A stretch of DNA of 64,000 bases, from the NCBI GenBank assembly GCA_903813345.2, contig CAIIXF020000001.1, positions 5,952,001-6,016,000 on the forward strand, given 5' to 3'. Below, piece by piece: positions 1 through 12,522 of the stretch. Position 1 is the stretch's first letter, and each line of letters begins with the position of its first letter. Origin of the DNA: Owenia fusiformis. Its lineage: Eukaryota. The translations under genes were made by a program, and so were the position numbers. The notes below the pieces were generated by a model. That model made no database searches. It was not told the origin of the DNA and saw only the letters and a list, made by a program, of their open reading frames with translations.

Positions 1-843
1 ATGAGTTGGAGACAGATGGACAGAACAAAAAGCAGAATGAGATCTCAAATTTGAGAACAAACACACGAATTAAACGGGAATACACCATTTATGGGAGTTC
101 AGACACACAGTGGTATGAAGGTAAGTGGAAAAGGTTGTCAAGAGACTCAAGATTGATAATATTTCTATCCTTTATATTTCAAAAAGTCTGACAGGATATA
201 CAGCATGATTTCATTCTTCCATCGATGTTCGAAATGAGTATTGGCCACAAATTTTATATCACTAGCCTTGTTCTGACTTTATATTTAAGAGATTTGAGTT
301 TCAACCTTTGGTTGTCCTTCAGTCACAATCAAAATGTCAAAAAAAGTTTTTTCAAATTGATTTTTGGATCCAAATTAAATCTTCCTAAACACAAAGTACC
401 TACTGAGGTCTGAAAAAGTAAAATCATCAAGGTCAAAAGTTGAGGTTATCAAACTTGATCACAAACATTGTCAGCAACATATTGGAGGTCAAAAAGGTAT
501 TTTTAACTTGCCCAAATGTTTTTTCAATATCTGTATCACTTTTGAAACCATTCACATGTTAATGCCTTGTTTGCCATTTTCTTGTTAAAACTCTTTAAAT
601 GTCGTAAAGCCGTATTTTGCTTTAAGTAAGCAACACTTGCAACTTGCAAGTAGAAATATGTATGATGAGATATGATATAGTAGCAGTGGCTTTATTCGTA
701 TTATGTTTCTATTTCCAGGCACAATAACCACACGGAAAAAGAAGTGCATAACAGTATCCTTGGATAATGGTGACGAGACATCAATGACCCTCAAACACGC
801 AAATTATTGCCTAAAGCAAAATAATTTGGTTATAATAGACTGA
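1..843 (+). CDS. 3' end of a spliced gene with a Tudor-like C-terminal motif; exons <1-120 and 719-843
   Basis: GAAG|GTAAGT donor at 120/121 and TTTCCAG acceptor at 718. The phase-1 join reads ...SSDTQWYEGTITTRKKKCITVSLDNGDETSMTLKHANYCLKQNNLVIID*, with stop at 841-843. WYEGTI...ITVSLDNGD resembles a Tudor-like beta-barrel motif. Confidence 0.55.
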
Positions 844-2172
844 CTACAATAACTGCCAGATTCTAACTTTTTGCATATAAATGCCTTGTATAATATAAGT
901 TCATTGCAAAATACAATGGTGGTGAAATAAGCATGGAAATACAAGAATAGCATTTGAACAACTTAAGAACTTCAGCCAGTGACTTTTTGCTTGTAAATGC
1001 CTTGTATATTACTGTAAGTTTATTAGTATTGTAAATATTGTATAATATATTGATGGTGAAATTAGCCTACAAATGTAAGAATAGCATTTTTACAACTTTC
1101 TAACAATTACCAGACTTTTTTCTGAAAATGATTTTTTAAATTGAAACCAGGTACTGACATTTTGTCATGTTAATGCCTTGTTACAACTTCGTAGCAATTA
1201 CCAGATGATGACTTTTTGTATGAAAATGCCTTGTTAATTATTGTTCAAGTTGTATTGTTCTTCAAAATTATTAAGGTGTTCTAAGAAGTTCAGATCTGAC
1301 CTTAGATGGGAGATTTGATATTCAATGACCTCAAGCTCAAATAAGTCCTTGATTCAAATTCACCAAATTTTTTCTCAGAAGTTTTTTACTTAGATTAGAT
1401 ATTTCACCTTGGTTGAAGTTTTTGGATCCATTTTTTTTTAAATTGAAACCAAGTGCTGACATTTTGTCATTTTGACAATTGCCAGATGATGACTTTTTGT
1501 ATGTAAATTATAATGATGCATATGTTTATTGTACAATGTATTAGTCTTGAAATAGGCTCTGTATACAAATACAAGTATAGCATTTTGTATTTCCCATTTG
1601 TTGTAAAACTAAATGTCAAAAATAAACTAGATATGAGATATACATATTTGCAATTGGTTCTTTATTATTATTATTAGGAGTTTGATATTCATCATACAGA
1701 TATTTATACTAATATCTCCAAAATGTTGCAATTCATAATTGTGGATCAAAATCGCATATGCCCATCTTTAGGATTGAGGACTATTGTCTAATTGTAGACA
1801 TAAAAACTTACAAACGCTTATATGAAAAACAACTTGCATCAGTATTGCTTTGAAGTTTCATCAACCCCATACATCTTCATTTAACCTTTTTTAAAACTTT
1901 GACATAAGAAATGAAAAATGGCCGAAATGAATAGCTAGGCCTTTAAAAATTTGACGATTTGCATCATAATTTATGTATTGAATAATCTTACAATATTTGT
2001 GACATGAGTGAAATGTTTCTCATTGAAACCGACCACATGATCTATGGTTATTCCCGGTCATCTGCAATATCCACTTACAGTCTCGTTTTCAACCGAATAC
2101 ACCATGAAGTCAAGTATGGTAGGCTATGTACCACGCTAAAAGAAGGTTCTGATGTATAGCGTATTGCAGGTA

Positions 2173-2614
2173 CAGGGTGGTAACAAAATTGGAAGCCCTG
2201 CCACTATTTTCATCATATCTCACCATTGCGCTGTAGGCAAACATGCTCAAGTAATTCAAAATGTCCTTATCTCGGGTTACTTTCCTTTTACCTGTAGGGA
2301 TATACCGAAGACAAAGTGTACAAGAATGGCCTCATCGGAACAATTGCAGACCTTAAAAGGGAGATTATCTGTGTCATTCAGGCCATAGGCTCTAAGGAAT
2401 AAAGTCGGGTCATTGACCACGTGTGCAGGTTTGCATGCAGCATGCAGCATGTTCAAAGTTCTGTTATATTGTAACTATTAGGCTGATAGTCATGTAATAT
2501 GCTAGGCTAGTTGGAAATGGAATGTTGTACAAAGGTGTAAAATATCAGGTAGTAATTTTCTATAATGACAAAGATATGAGGAAGACGCATGGTTTCCGTT
2601 TTTTGACCACCCTG
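2173..2614. mobile_element. Tc1/mariner-type MITE
   Basis: TA|CAGGGTGGTAACAAAA ... TTTTTTGACCACCCTG|TA: terminal inverted repeats (TIRs) flanked by TA. Confidence 0.7.
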
Positions 2615-2737
2615 TAACGGTATATTAGATTACGTTTTCTCCTGACTAGCCAAGATACAGCTTTACCCCATGCAAGATATTGCCATTTTTCATCCTAAGA
2701 AGTCACACGTGTAAGATGAAAAAAACTTTCTTGTACT

Positions 2738-2857
2738 CGTACCTTTGCAAAATCGTCCATTCTTGAGGCGCTTTGATAATGTTTCTTTATCTCGTCTGCG
2801 ACTCGATAAAGAAGAATCATCAAAGCTCATCAAGAATGGATGATCTTGCACTGGTAC
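2738..2857. repeat. Short imperfect palindromic (hairpin) element
   Basis: GTAC..TGCAAAATCGTCCATTCTTGA..CTTTGAT..TCTTTATC pairs with GATAAAGA..ATCAAAG..TCAAGAATGGATGATCTTGCA..GTAC. Confidence 0.6.
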
Positions 2858-3691
2858 TCATATAAGAACCTTTATATTCCAGTCATAGAAGTGACAAACG
2901 TTAGTGTTCATTCATGCTGTTGTTGCAGCTCTTTCATGTAACACAACTGTAATACATGTTACCGTTAACTACAATATAAGGCCAAATAACTCTCCGACAA
3001 TGGACAAGAAATCCATTTAAGATATATTTAAAAAGCATCGCCACAATAAATCCATTTTAAATATACAATGCTTGTATCTGGAAAGATATGCAACCGTTTC
3101 GTATATTCCCTGAGTAAAGTGAGAGACAAACCAATGGGCAGGATGAATGGAAAAACACAAAAACGGAAATTATTAGGAAACTTTCAACTGTTGGATTACA
3201 CATTTGTCTTTTGTTCAGCTAAGCATGACGGAATTTATAAAAAAAAACTTCATATTTGCTGATCATGTATACGAAATCATTGAATTTTAGACAGTCTAAA
3301 GGTAAATCGATACTCAGCCCTATGGTGAGAACACACTCTAAAAGTGCTGATCCTAGTTCTTTTATTATATTAATTTCCAGGGAAAATGTATATCATGCTT
3401 TTCTGAGCGTCTCAAATTTCGCGCATTTATTAATCATCTGAAACGCTCATGTAGGTCCTCCAAGACTTTTACCCCATCTGTATTTATCGATAATGTCCCC
3501 AATTTAGGTATGGTGGCGTGCACACCCCTGAAGTATAGAATGTCTGATATGTATATTTATATGGTAGTGTTCATATATGATATGATGCTGTGGTGTTTGA
3601 TTCCCAGGAAGCATCTTTTCAAGACCATGGTGATTTGAGACTTCATACTTTCCAATAATGTCGAGATACACATCCCTTAAGTTTTTTTATA

Positions 3692-4193
3692 CAGTAAAAC
3701 CTGTTTAATCCGAACGCCATTGGGACCGGCTAAAAGCGTTCATATTAGGAGGTGTTCACATTTCAAGGTTTTTGCATTCGCAATATTCCGGATTCTGAGG
3801 AAATGTGAACACATTCTCGATATATATTTATAGTTCTTCTGACCACATAGCTTTCAATGGCATTCCTGAAATTTGAAAATTCGATTCAAATGTATCTAGT
3901 CATGCTTGAAAGCCCCATTATAATTGACACCATTCTAGATTTTTTCCAAAGTTTTGATATCATGACAATATTTGAGCAATTTTGTATGAAACATCAGAAA
4001 TTTTATGAAAAGTGTTCAGATTAGACAAGTGAATTTTTCAAATATGACTGTTCACTGTTCAAATTGGGAGGTGTTCACATTATAAGTTTTTTTTAACATG
4101 GGCGTCAATGGGAGGAAAAAATTGAACCGAAAAAAGTGTTCAGATTGGGAGGTGTTCGGATTAGCCAGGTGTTCAGATATAGAGGTTCTACTG
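3692..4193. mobile_element. pogo/Tigger-like MITE
   Basis: TA|CAGTAAAACC ... GGTTCTACTG|TA, with internal GGTGTTCA(C/G)AT subrepeats. Confidence 0.7.
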
Positions 4194-4940
4194 TATTTTA
4201 CATTTTGTAAACTTTCATCTACTGATGATATAGTCTCTTGAAAATTCTCTTCCTTTTAACATGGGAAATCCTCACTTCAGCAAATCCTGGTGTCATTTAT
4301 TTATGGTGAGCACTGTACACAATCTTCATCAAGCCTCAACTAGACACAATACTTCTCTCTTTCTCTCCAAGCCATACATGTTCACAATAGTCCTCACTGA
4401 GCCTCAACTAAACAATACTTCTCTCCAAGCCTTCCCTGTGCACAATACTCCTCAATGAGCCTCATAGTAATGCATAGTAATTCATGGGATCTGGTTTATT
4501 ATACTTTCATGGATTTTCCTTCTTTCAAAGTGCATACGCCACATTCAATAAACTAGAAGAATTTCTTGGGTATCCTTATAACATTTTCTTCATTACATGC
4601 TGATAAATATGAAATAAAGATTAAATTATAGATAAACAGAACTACAAAGTTCAATTAATTCGAAACCATTTATTCCAATAATATACTTGTACATGCAGAG
4701 CCCAAAACCTTTGGAACTTCATCATCATTCATAAGATATAAGATGACCCATCAAGTATATACGAAACATTATTCGGGAAATGCCAGCACATTTTCAATTG
4801 ATTCCCTAAAAGAAATCTGCCAGGCTGGCTACTCAAAGTGGATATTATGAACATAGTTTACCATAATTTAAACAATTATATATTCTCCAAATATATGAAC
4901 TCCAAAAAGACAAGTGAAATAATTTGTTGCCTTATAGGTA

Positions 4941-5285
4941 CAGGGTGAGCCAAAAAAGGTAACCCATCCAAATGTATGTTTATTAACTCAGTCATTCAGC
5001 ATGGGTTTAAAATCATATTTGGCACAATTAAACCTTGTTCAATGTACTTTCATTCTACTAAGTGTCATTGATTTATCCCTGATAGCCACAATTTCATGGC
5101 CATTTACAAAACATACTCAAAATGCCAAAATGTGCCTCACTGACTGGACATAAATCCTACCAGATTTTTATCTGTAGGCCTATTTTTTACACTTACAACA
5201 TTGAAACAAGAGATTACAACACTAAACCCATGCAGGATGACTGAGTAATTAAGATTTGATATGGTTACTTTTTTGGCTCACCCTG
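4941..5285. mobile_element. Tc1/mariner-type MITE
   Basis: TA|CAGGGTGAGCCAAAAAAGGTAACC ... GGTTACTTTTTTGGCTCACCCTG|TA; internal arms also pair (ACTCAGTCAT / ATGACTGAGT). Confidence 0.8.
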
Positions 5286-7990
5286 TATATAACTGACAGG
5301 GAGAGCTATCATTTCTTGACCCTAAATTTGGATTACCAGAACTCTTGAAATAACTCAAGCAGGTATTCAAAGTGTCATTGAACAAAGTGTCATTGAACAA
5401 AATGTCAAATTTTTTACATGCAGTTATATTAGTGCATGTCATTCATATGCTCTATGATACAGTAGCAGTGGAATCTGTAAAGTAGGACACCTATAATAAA
5501 AAGTAGAACATCTATACTAGTGGAACACTTGACCAAGACCAATTGAGTTAATGTTAAATGAACCTTCATAAGTACAACCTCCAATGAGGGACACTTTTTA
5601 GATGTACTGAAGGTGTTCAACTTATTACTGTTTTATTCTTCACTGAAAATACATAGTAGGGAGTTTAAGCTTGCATATAAAATCCAAATGCAAACCTCAA
5701 TGTATGACCATCACCCATACAAATGCATCATTTAAATAACTTCAATACACCTCTAGGTTGTGAAAAAAACAATGCAAGCTTAAACTCCCTATTAACAGGT
5801 TGAAAGTAACATAGATTTTATAAATAGAATACTGTGGATGTGAATGGAATTTCAACAAAATCCATTACATTGATACAAATGAAGTTGATATTGGAGAATG
5901 ATATTGGAAAATTTCAAGATTTGGCCTTTTCAATTTTTGACCTCTCAATTTGTAATGAATGCTTGGGTTAATTTGGGCCCGCTTTGATTTGGCAGAATAG
6001 ACCAAAAACACCAATTTACATCTTCGCCAAAATTTAGAAAGGATCTCTGGGAATTTGATTTGGTGTGTTAAAGTCAGTTTTAACAAATCTAAAAAGGATA
6101 AAAGTGATAATAAGAAAATGCCACTTCTAAATTGGCTCAGGGGAACTGCTTAAAATATAGTAGTTGAATTGTAGGAATGGGTGTAACAATTTATATTTTG
6201 TTCCAGTGTATATGGGAGTTGTGGTGTCAGAGCATGTTCAAGCCCCAGTGTCCGCCAAATTAAATAGCCAAAAAAGTGGCAAAATCGCCAAATGAAGTAG
6301 CGCCAAATGAACCCAATCTACAGTACGCAACAAGAAATAATGAAGTATAGGCTATAGAAAACTTAGAGAAACTTCAAAAACTTAGATTTGACCTGGATTG
6401 TTTGAGTTAGTTTTAGACATTAAAGTTTCGATACTTTTTAATTTACATTAATATTATGATCCTTTCACTGACTCATCATTTAATGATGTATCACTTTTTA
6501 TAGAACAAAGTTCAGACAATATTAAATTGTGTATTGTTTTCTTGTCCCATTCTTTCCTCTTGGTCTGATTCTATGTCTGACAAGTCTGACAATTCAGAAT
6601 CATCATCACTCTCCGAGGTGTTGTCAACAATTGTTTCATCAAGCATAGGCCTCATCATTAAAGAAAGGTAAACCCACCAATCCTTTCATATATGTAGCAT
6701 CGTTGATATTGTTTACATCCATTTCCATTCCTACATTTCCATTTGTATCTTTAGACTTGTATAATATAATAGAAATTGTTTCATTTCTTTTTTAAGGAGG
6801 ACCTCTTCCTCTTTAAGTCTTTCAAATGATTCTTTCTTATTAACAAGGTCTCTTTTCTTCCCCAGAGTAATGTCCGACCTCCATGGGAAATCAGCTTTCA
6901 GAATACATCCCATTTCGGTTGAATTTATTTGTACTTCATTTTCTATATCTTGTGCAGCAATGTTGTATATTTCCACTGCATTCTCAATTGCTTTCTTTGT
7001 CTTTTGGTTGGCCCTTCTCAGCTTGTGGCGTTCCTTACTTGTCTCTGAAAAATTCAAACAACCAAGTTCCTGAATATGTTAATCTTGTATTGATGGGATA
7101 TCATACATTGTAATGTCTAAAACTAACCATTATTGCAGTATTAATGCTCATCCCCTAATAAGCCCCCACCCCACTTTCAAGGCTTAGATGCAAATCCACT
7201 GTACCTATTTCCAAAAAACATAATCACATTATACTAGAATGATACTATTGTGATTGTTCAGAGGGAACAAATGTTTCACTTTGTAATAACTAGGAAAGCA
7301 AATCATATAAATATAAATAAATAACATATTCATAAGATAGCTTACCGGTAACTATTCTTGGTTGTCCATTGTTTAAAGCATTGAAAACATCTTCTTGTTT
7401 TCTCAGCTGAAAATATTCTACCTCGGGAGAAACACCATTCCTATTTGTAGAATCTGGAAAAGGTGAAAAATGATATAAAACTACAAATCAGCAACTCCAC
7501 GGAGTAGCAAATCCCAATGAACACTGCATACATGAATCTGTAAATGGCTCAATGTAATATTTAAAATCTATTCTAACCTTTATTAAATTGGCAGATATTC
7601 CATTTAGGAGTTTCAAAGGCACAAATGATAGACATTAGAATGTTTGAGATCTAATAGAGTATTATGTAATCTTAATTTGAAAATGACAACTGCAACAACA
7701 AAAAAATTCGACCAACAATGGAGCATGTTGTTAGGTCATCACATGATATATCCTACCTTGAACATGATCAAGTATATCTTGCTTCATTTCAATGAGGTCA
7801 TATTCCTTGTACTTGGCAAGGTCTTCTTCAGACTCAGCAACCATTTTCTCACCTATTTGAAATAAAAAGTTTTGACATACAGGCCAAAAATTGCTAGCAA
7901 AGGATTGTTTCCTGCATATACATCCAGGGTTTCCACTAGAATTTTTCACAGCAGACTAAGTAAATGAAAACAGCAGGCAATATTAATGGA

Positions 7991-8766
7991 AACTAGATAA
8001 CGGCAACTCCGCGGAGTAGCAAATCCCAACGAACAAAATATCAATTACCGAATTCCAATCAATTATACTCATTACTTTGGTTGAAAATGAAAAAATTAGA
8101 TTTTAGAATTGCGAATTCCTGCAAAGCAGCCATTTTGAATTTTCTGAGGTACAAATCTGAAAAATAATACCATAATTGTGATCTACTCCAAAATTCCTTC
8201 AATTTGAGTATAATATAGCCATACTTTTAAGAGATCGAAAAATTATTGCGAAATCGTACATTAGACGGCCATTTTGAATTTTACGAGGCTCGAATCAGAA
8301 AAAAGATACAATATTTGCAATCTACTCTTAATTGCTTTTCATTTGAGTATAATAAAGCTATACTTCAGAAAGATCTAAAAATTAGCAAAAATTTCTGTTT
8401 TCCTGTCCCCCCATACATGGCCCCTGGGGGTCAGGATGAAAAACACAGAATATATGTGAAATAGATAAATGTTGTAAATACACTACCAAAATTTCAAACA
8501 ATAATATTAATTACTTTGGTTTAGAATGAAAAATTTATGATTTTTGCGAAAAAGTCCCGTCATTTTTAAAGCGGCGGCCATCTTGAAAAATTTTTTTTTG
8601 CGTAAAACTATTCACCAATATACATCTTTCGACTAAATATGAAGAAAATCTGTCAACTAGTATTTGAGTTATTTTCCGGACAGACGGACGGACTGACTGA
8701 CTGACTGACGGACAGACGGACGGAGGGCTTCACTATATCCCTAACGAACTTCGTTCGTTGGGATAA
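7991..8766 (+). mobile_element. Helentron-associated non-autonomous (DINE/HINE-like) element inside a KDZ intron
   Basis: Starts AACTAG..CAACTCCGCGGAGTAGCAAATCCCAACGAAC; has a (GACG/GACT/GACA)n microsatellite at about 8678-8722 and a 3' hairpin CCCTAACGAAC-TTC-GTTCGTTGGG. A second copy lies at 22736-23326. Confidence 0.65.
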
Positions 8767-8968
8767 TCATAAATTCAACATGGAAAAGTTGAAAAGTCCC
8801 TCAAAACAATGGGCGATTATATGAAAACAACTGCTGAAAATCGCTTGTTGCCTGCTGCTAATGAAGTCCCTGTACATCTATTCCTGGTTTTCTATACATT
8901 TGAAAAATATGACAAATAAAGGATTAACACAGGGAACTCTGAACTCTAGCTCAAATTATTACAATGTA

Positions 8969-9146
8969 AAGTAAAACCCATCTGAGTGGACACATCTCTC
9001 AAGTGAACACCTGTATCTAGTTAACACCCTTCCTCTCCCCACATACTCTACTGACTTTTGTAGAAATTATTCTCTCTGGAGTGAACAGCTACAAACCCTG
9101 AACGTTTTCTCAGTAAAAAAATGTTCAATATACACAGGTTTTACTG
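8969..9146. mobile_element. pogo/Tigger-like MITE
   Basis: AAGTAAAACC ... GGTTTTACTG|TA, with internal AGTG(G/A)ACAC repeats. Confidence 0.55.
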
Positions 9147-9192
9147 TAGTTGATAATGTGCAGTTCTTTCTGTTTCAAACATATTCCATGTA

Positions 9193-9503
9193 CAGGGTGA
9201 TCCTGATGTAACTTCAAAGATATTGCATTTCCATACTGAATCTCAAACAAAACTAAGTGTATACAAAATATATAGTCTATTTTTGATTGGTTGATTTTGA
9301 AAGATTATTCTAATTTATTCAGCTTATCAAGTCAAGAGAGTTTTATTTACCCCATATGACATCACGATGGGTTACCATGGTAACCATGAAACGAATCACA
9401 TTGTTAACTAAGAAATTTTTGTGGAAAATCTGTTTTAAGTTTCAAGATGACTGTCAAGTAGAATTGAATTGACAAAACCTTTGAAGTTACATCTGGATCA
9501 ATT
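9193..9503. mobile_element. Degenerate mariner-type MITE
   Basis: TA|CAGGGTGATCCTGATGTAACTTCAAA ... TTTGAAGTTACATCTGGATCA; right terminus decayed. Confidence 0.5.
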
Positions 9504-11848
9504 TATATAAAGATACCTTCCTATATCTTCGAGTTAAATACTCCAGGAGCGACTTCACTTTCTTCGTTCCCCAAAATGAAACGAGACGTGTGATCACCTC
9601 CTCTCTTCCTATAAAAGTGAGGCAAAAAAATGTGTAAATCATTTGTTTTATGTTTTCTTCTGACTATACCTGCCGACAAACGGTATGGAGGCATTCTTTA
9701 TTGATAATTTGTTTGAAAATGTATAATTTACTATTACTTAGTTATTGACTTCAACTGTTTGAATATAGTTAACAATTTTACTCACTAGCACAACCCATGT
9801 ATTTGGAGGGCTTGCAAGCATTGGATGTTGTCCAAGCACCCTTCTTCCAATCACCACCCCACATTATCTGAAAATACATATGTTCAGTTTTGTAACTGGA
9901 TGATCAGGAGCTTGATATAGCAAAATACATACTGCCAATAGGAATTTTGCCCACCTCCAGCTCCTGATCATCCAGTATTTGTTTTTTATGCACTTCTCAA
10001 TCAAGATACTGAGTGTACATCTTTTAAGAATTTCTGGTTTTCTTAAAACTCAAGATGGCGTCCTATACACCAAACAAAAACAAAAAACGTTGTACCAGGA
10101 ATTTTCTTTTTCATTTAATATAGTTTTTGTACTGTATATGTTATGCTTTGCTGTATATTCCATATCATTGAAGCTAATAATAAAAAGGTATTCTCAGTAT
10201 TCAAAAAAGGAACACTTATATACCAAGAATATATAAGACTATATATTGTAGTTAAATACTTTTTCTTACCTGGCATGTAGAAGAATGGCCTTTGGCCATA
10301 TGAGTGCATACAGTGTGCATAAGCGAATATCTCCCCTTGGAACATGTTTAGAAGTTGAGGAGGTATAACATGTCTGCATGTAGAGCCAAATACACCAGTT
10401 TGGTCAAGACGTGCCATCCTATGCGAGCTCTCTTTAGCAGCTTTCCAGTGGCTTTGTCCACAAACATCAACTTCTGAGTTCTACAAAAAGAATATAGCAC
10501 TTATTTTGAACACAACTGAATGAAACATTTCATATTTTTCAATAAATATAGTTTTATCCATTGTGCATATATATCTCTTACATAAGTCAATAATTTGCCC
10601 AGATAATCGTGGCAAGATTTTGTCACACTTTCATATTGGATGGATGGAGGGTTTCACTTTATCCCAACCAAACTTTGTTAGCTTGGATAATAAAGGTATG
10701 AATACATGTCAATTGCTTTCATATTTATGGTATTAGAATGAATTTTTCTACTTTAATAGGCCATGAAATGAATTCTCTGATATTTAACAGAGAATCTACT
10801 TTTTAAGGCACAATGTCTTTTGTTATTAAATTTACTTACAGGGGTAAGATCACTGCTGATCTTTTTAAGATGACATACTGGTCGACTTCTTCATCTGGGG
10901 TGAACAGTTCAGATCCAAAATATGATTTTCTTTCTCCCCTAATAAAAAAAATAATAAAAAACAAATCATAGAAACAATCAGGATGAAAAACAATATAATG
11001 AATAACAGGATATCTGTTGTAAGATATGTGATGTGTTAACATTCCTAACTTATACATTTTTATGCCATCAAGTATTCACATATCATCACATATGAAAAAA
11101 AATAAAACAGTCCATTGGTTTTTGAGTTTTGGCAATAATCATAGACAAGGCATTAACATGCAAACTGTCACCACCTGTCATTTGTTACAGACAGCAACTG
11201 CCGAACACCAACCACTGAACACCAAACACAAAAAAAATTGGTGACCATAAAAATATGTCACATGCAAGACTGCTTTAAAACCCACACACTAATTACATGC
11301 TCAGCCTTTTTATCTTCATATTTCCATCAATCATAATAGAATGGGTACTTAAATCACTTAACATACCTTAAGAATATCTATCTTTGACTGTGGTTTGTTT
11401 GTTGGTTGTCTTGGAACCCAAGCAGGATTGCTACTATTCCAAATAATATCAAAGAGTGGTTCTGGCTGTATTCTCGATATTGAGGGATATAATGGCTGGC
11501 CATCTTCATCCACACAGTCAAGGTCAAGGTCTTTAGAGGCAACTTTCTTAAAGTTTTCAATCGTAAAGGGCCCATTGTCTTTGATATACCATGTCCAAAA
11601 ATTCACTGTGTCTCCAGTTTTTTGAGTCCTCCAATATGCATCAGCAACAAGCCTTCGCTGTGATAAGGTGCCGATTTCATGCTCATGCTTATCATCATAC
11701 TTCACGCCACGCTTGATTCTGGAATGCAAACATTCATCTTTAACTTTTAATTACGGACAGATTTATAATAATGGGAGGCTTATAGGCATCAATGTTCAGT
11801 ATAAATTTCCACTGGATTTTAAATATTTTTTGAACCATTAGTAAGATA

Positions 11849-12313
11849 CTGTAGATTTGGTTAATTTGGTGCCCGCTTTAATTTGGCGAATTTGGGGAAA
11901 TTGTAAAATTCGCCAATATAAATCTTCGCCAAAATTTAGAATGAATCCCCGGGAATTATCTAGGGTATTTTGTCCAGTGTATTTAGGTCACTTCCGGTTA
12001 AGTTTTTTCCAAAAATATGAAAAAAAGTCTCATAAATTGGCTCAGAACTGGTCAGTCACCCATTAATACTCAGGGAAAAACTAGAAAGGAAAAGCGCGGT
12101 ATAGTAGCAACATCGATCGAAGTGCAAAATGTAAAGGTTGATCTCACAAAAATGTACAAACATGGTGAATATCGCCAGTGGTCCTCAAAAGAAAAAATGA
12201 ACATAGCCAAACATGCCCAATTTTTTGCATATCCGCCAAATTAAATAGCCGCCAATATGCCAAAAATGGCAAAATCGTCAAATTAAGTAGCGCCAAATTA
12301 ACCCAATCTACAG
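11849..12313. mobile_element. TA-flanked MITE with CTGTA termini; related decayed copy at about 5960-6323
   Basis: TA|CTGTAGATTTGGTTAATTTGG ... CCAAATTAACCCAATCTACAG|TA, with internal CGCCAAATT repeats shared with 6250-6323. Confidence 0.75.
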
Positions 12314-12522
12314 TAACAGAAATTCTGTTTTGACCTCCAGTCAGTTTGACTAGTTCAACATATCATTTACATGACCAGGATCACAATGTACATGGTCAGA
12401 GGGCTGAAAAAATTATTTCATCATGTTTAGGGTCATTCTGACCATGTACATTGTGATCCTGGTCATGTAAATGATATTTGGCACTAGTCAAACTGACTGG
12501 AGGTCAAAACAGAACTTTGTTA
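12314..12522. repeat. Near-perfect hairpin; deletion derivative of the foldback element at 32405-33374
   Basis: Arms of about 87 bp, TAACAGAAATTCTGTTTTGACCTCCAGTCAG...GGTCAGA / TCTGACC...CTGACTGGAGGTCAAAACAGAACTTTGTTA; the same sequence occurs in the arms at about 32480-32790 and 33190-33290. Confidence 0.8.

Larger units (their letters stand above)
6500..11729 (-). pseudogene. Decayed, intron-containing KDZ (Kyakuja-Dileera-Zisupton) transposase gene
   Basis: Minus-strand GT-AG exons at about 10938-10840, 10480-10270, 9867-9786, 9608-9517, 7955-7757, 7453-7346 and 7044-6731; 11729-11367 may be an upstream exon. They encode KDZ-like motifs HWKAAKE, LDQTGVFGSTCRH..P..LLNMFQGEIFAY, AKGHSSTCQ, IMWGGDWKKGA..TT, KYM..RREEVITRLVSFWGTKKVKSL..YLTRRYRK and RLKEEEVLLKKEMKQFL, then an acidic tail. 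Frameshifts, a premature stop at 6731 and apparent internal deletions are visible. Confidence 0.75.
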
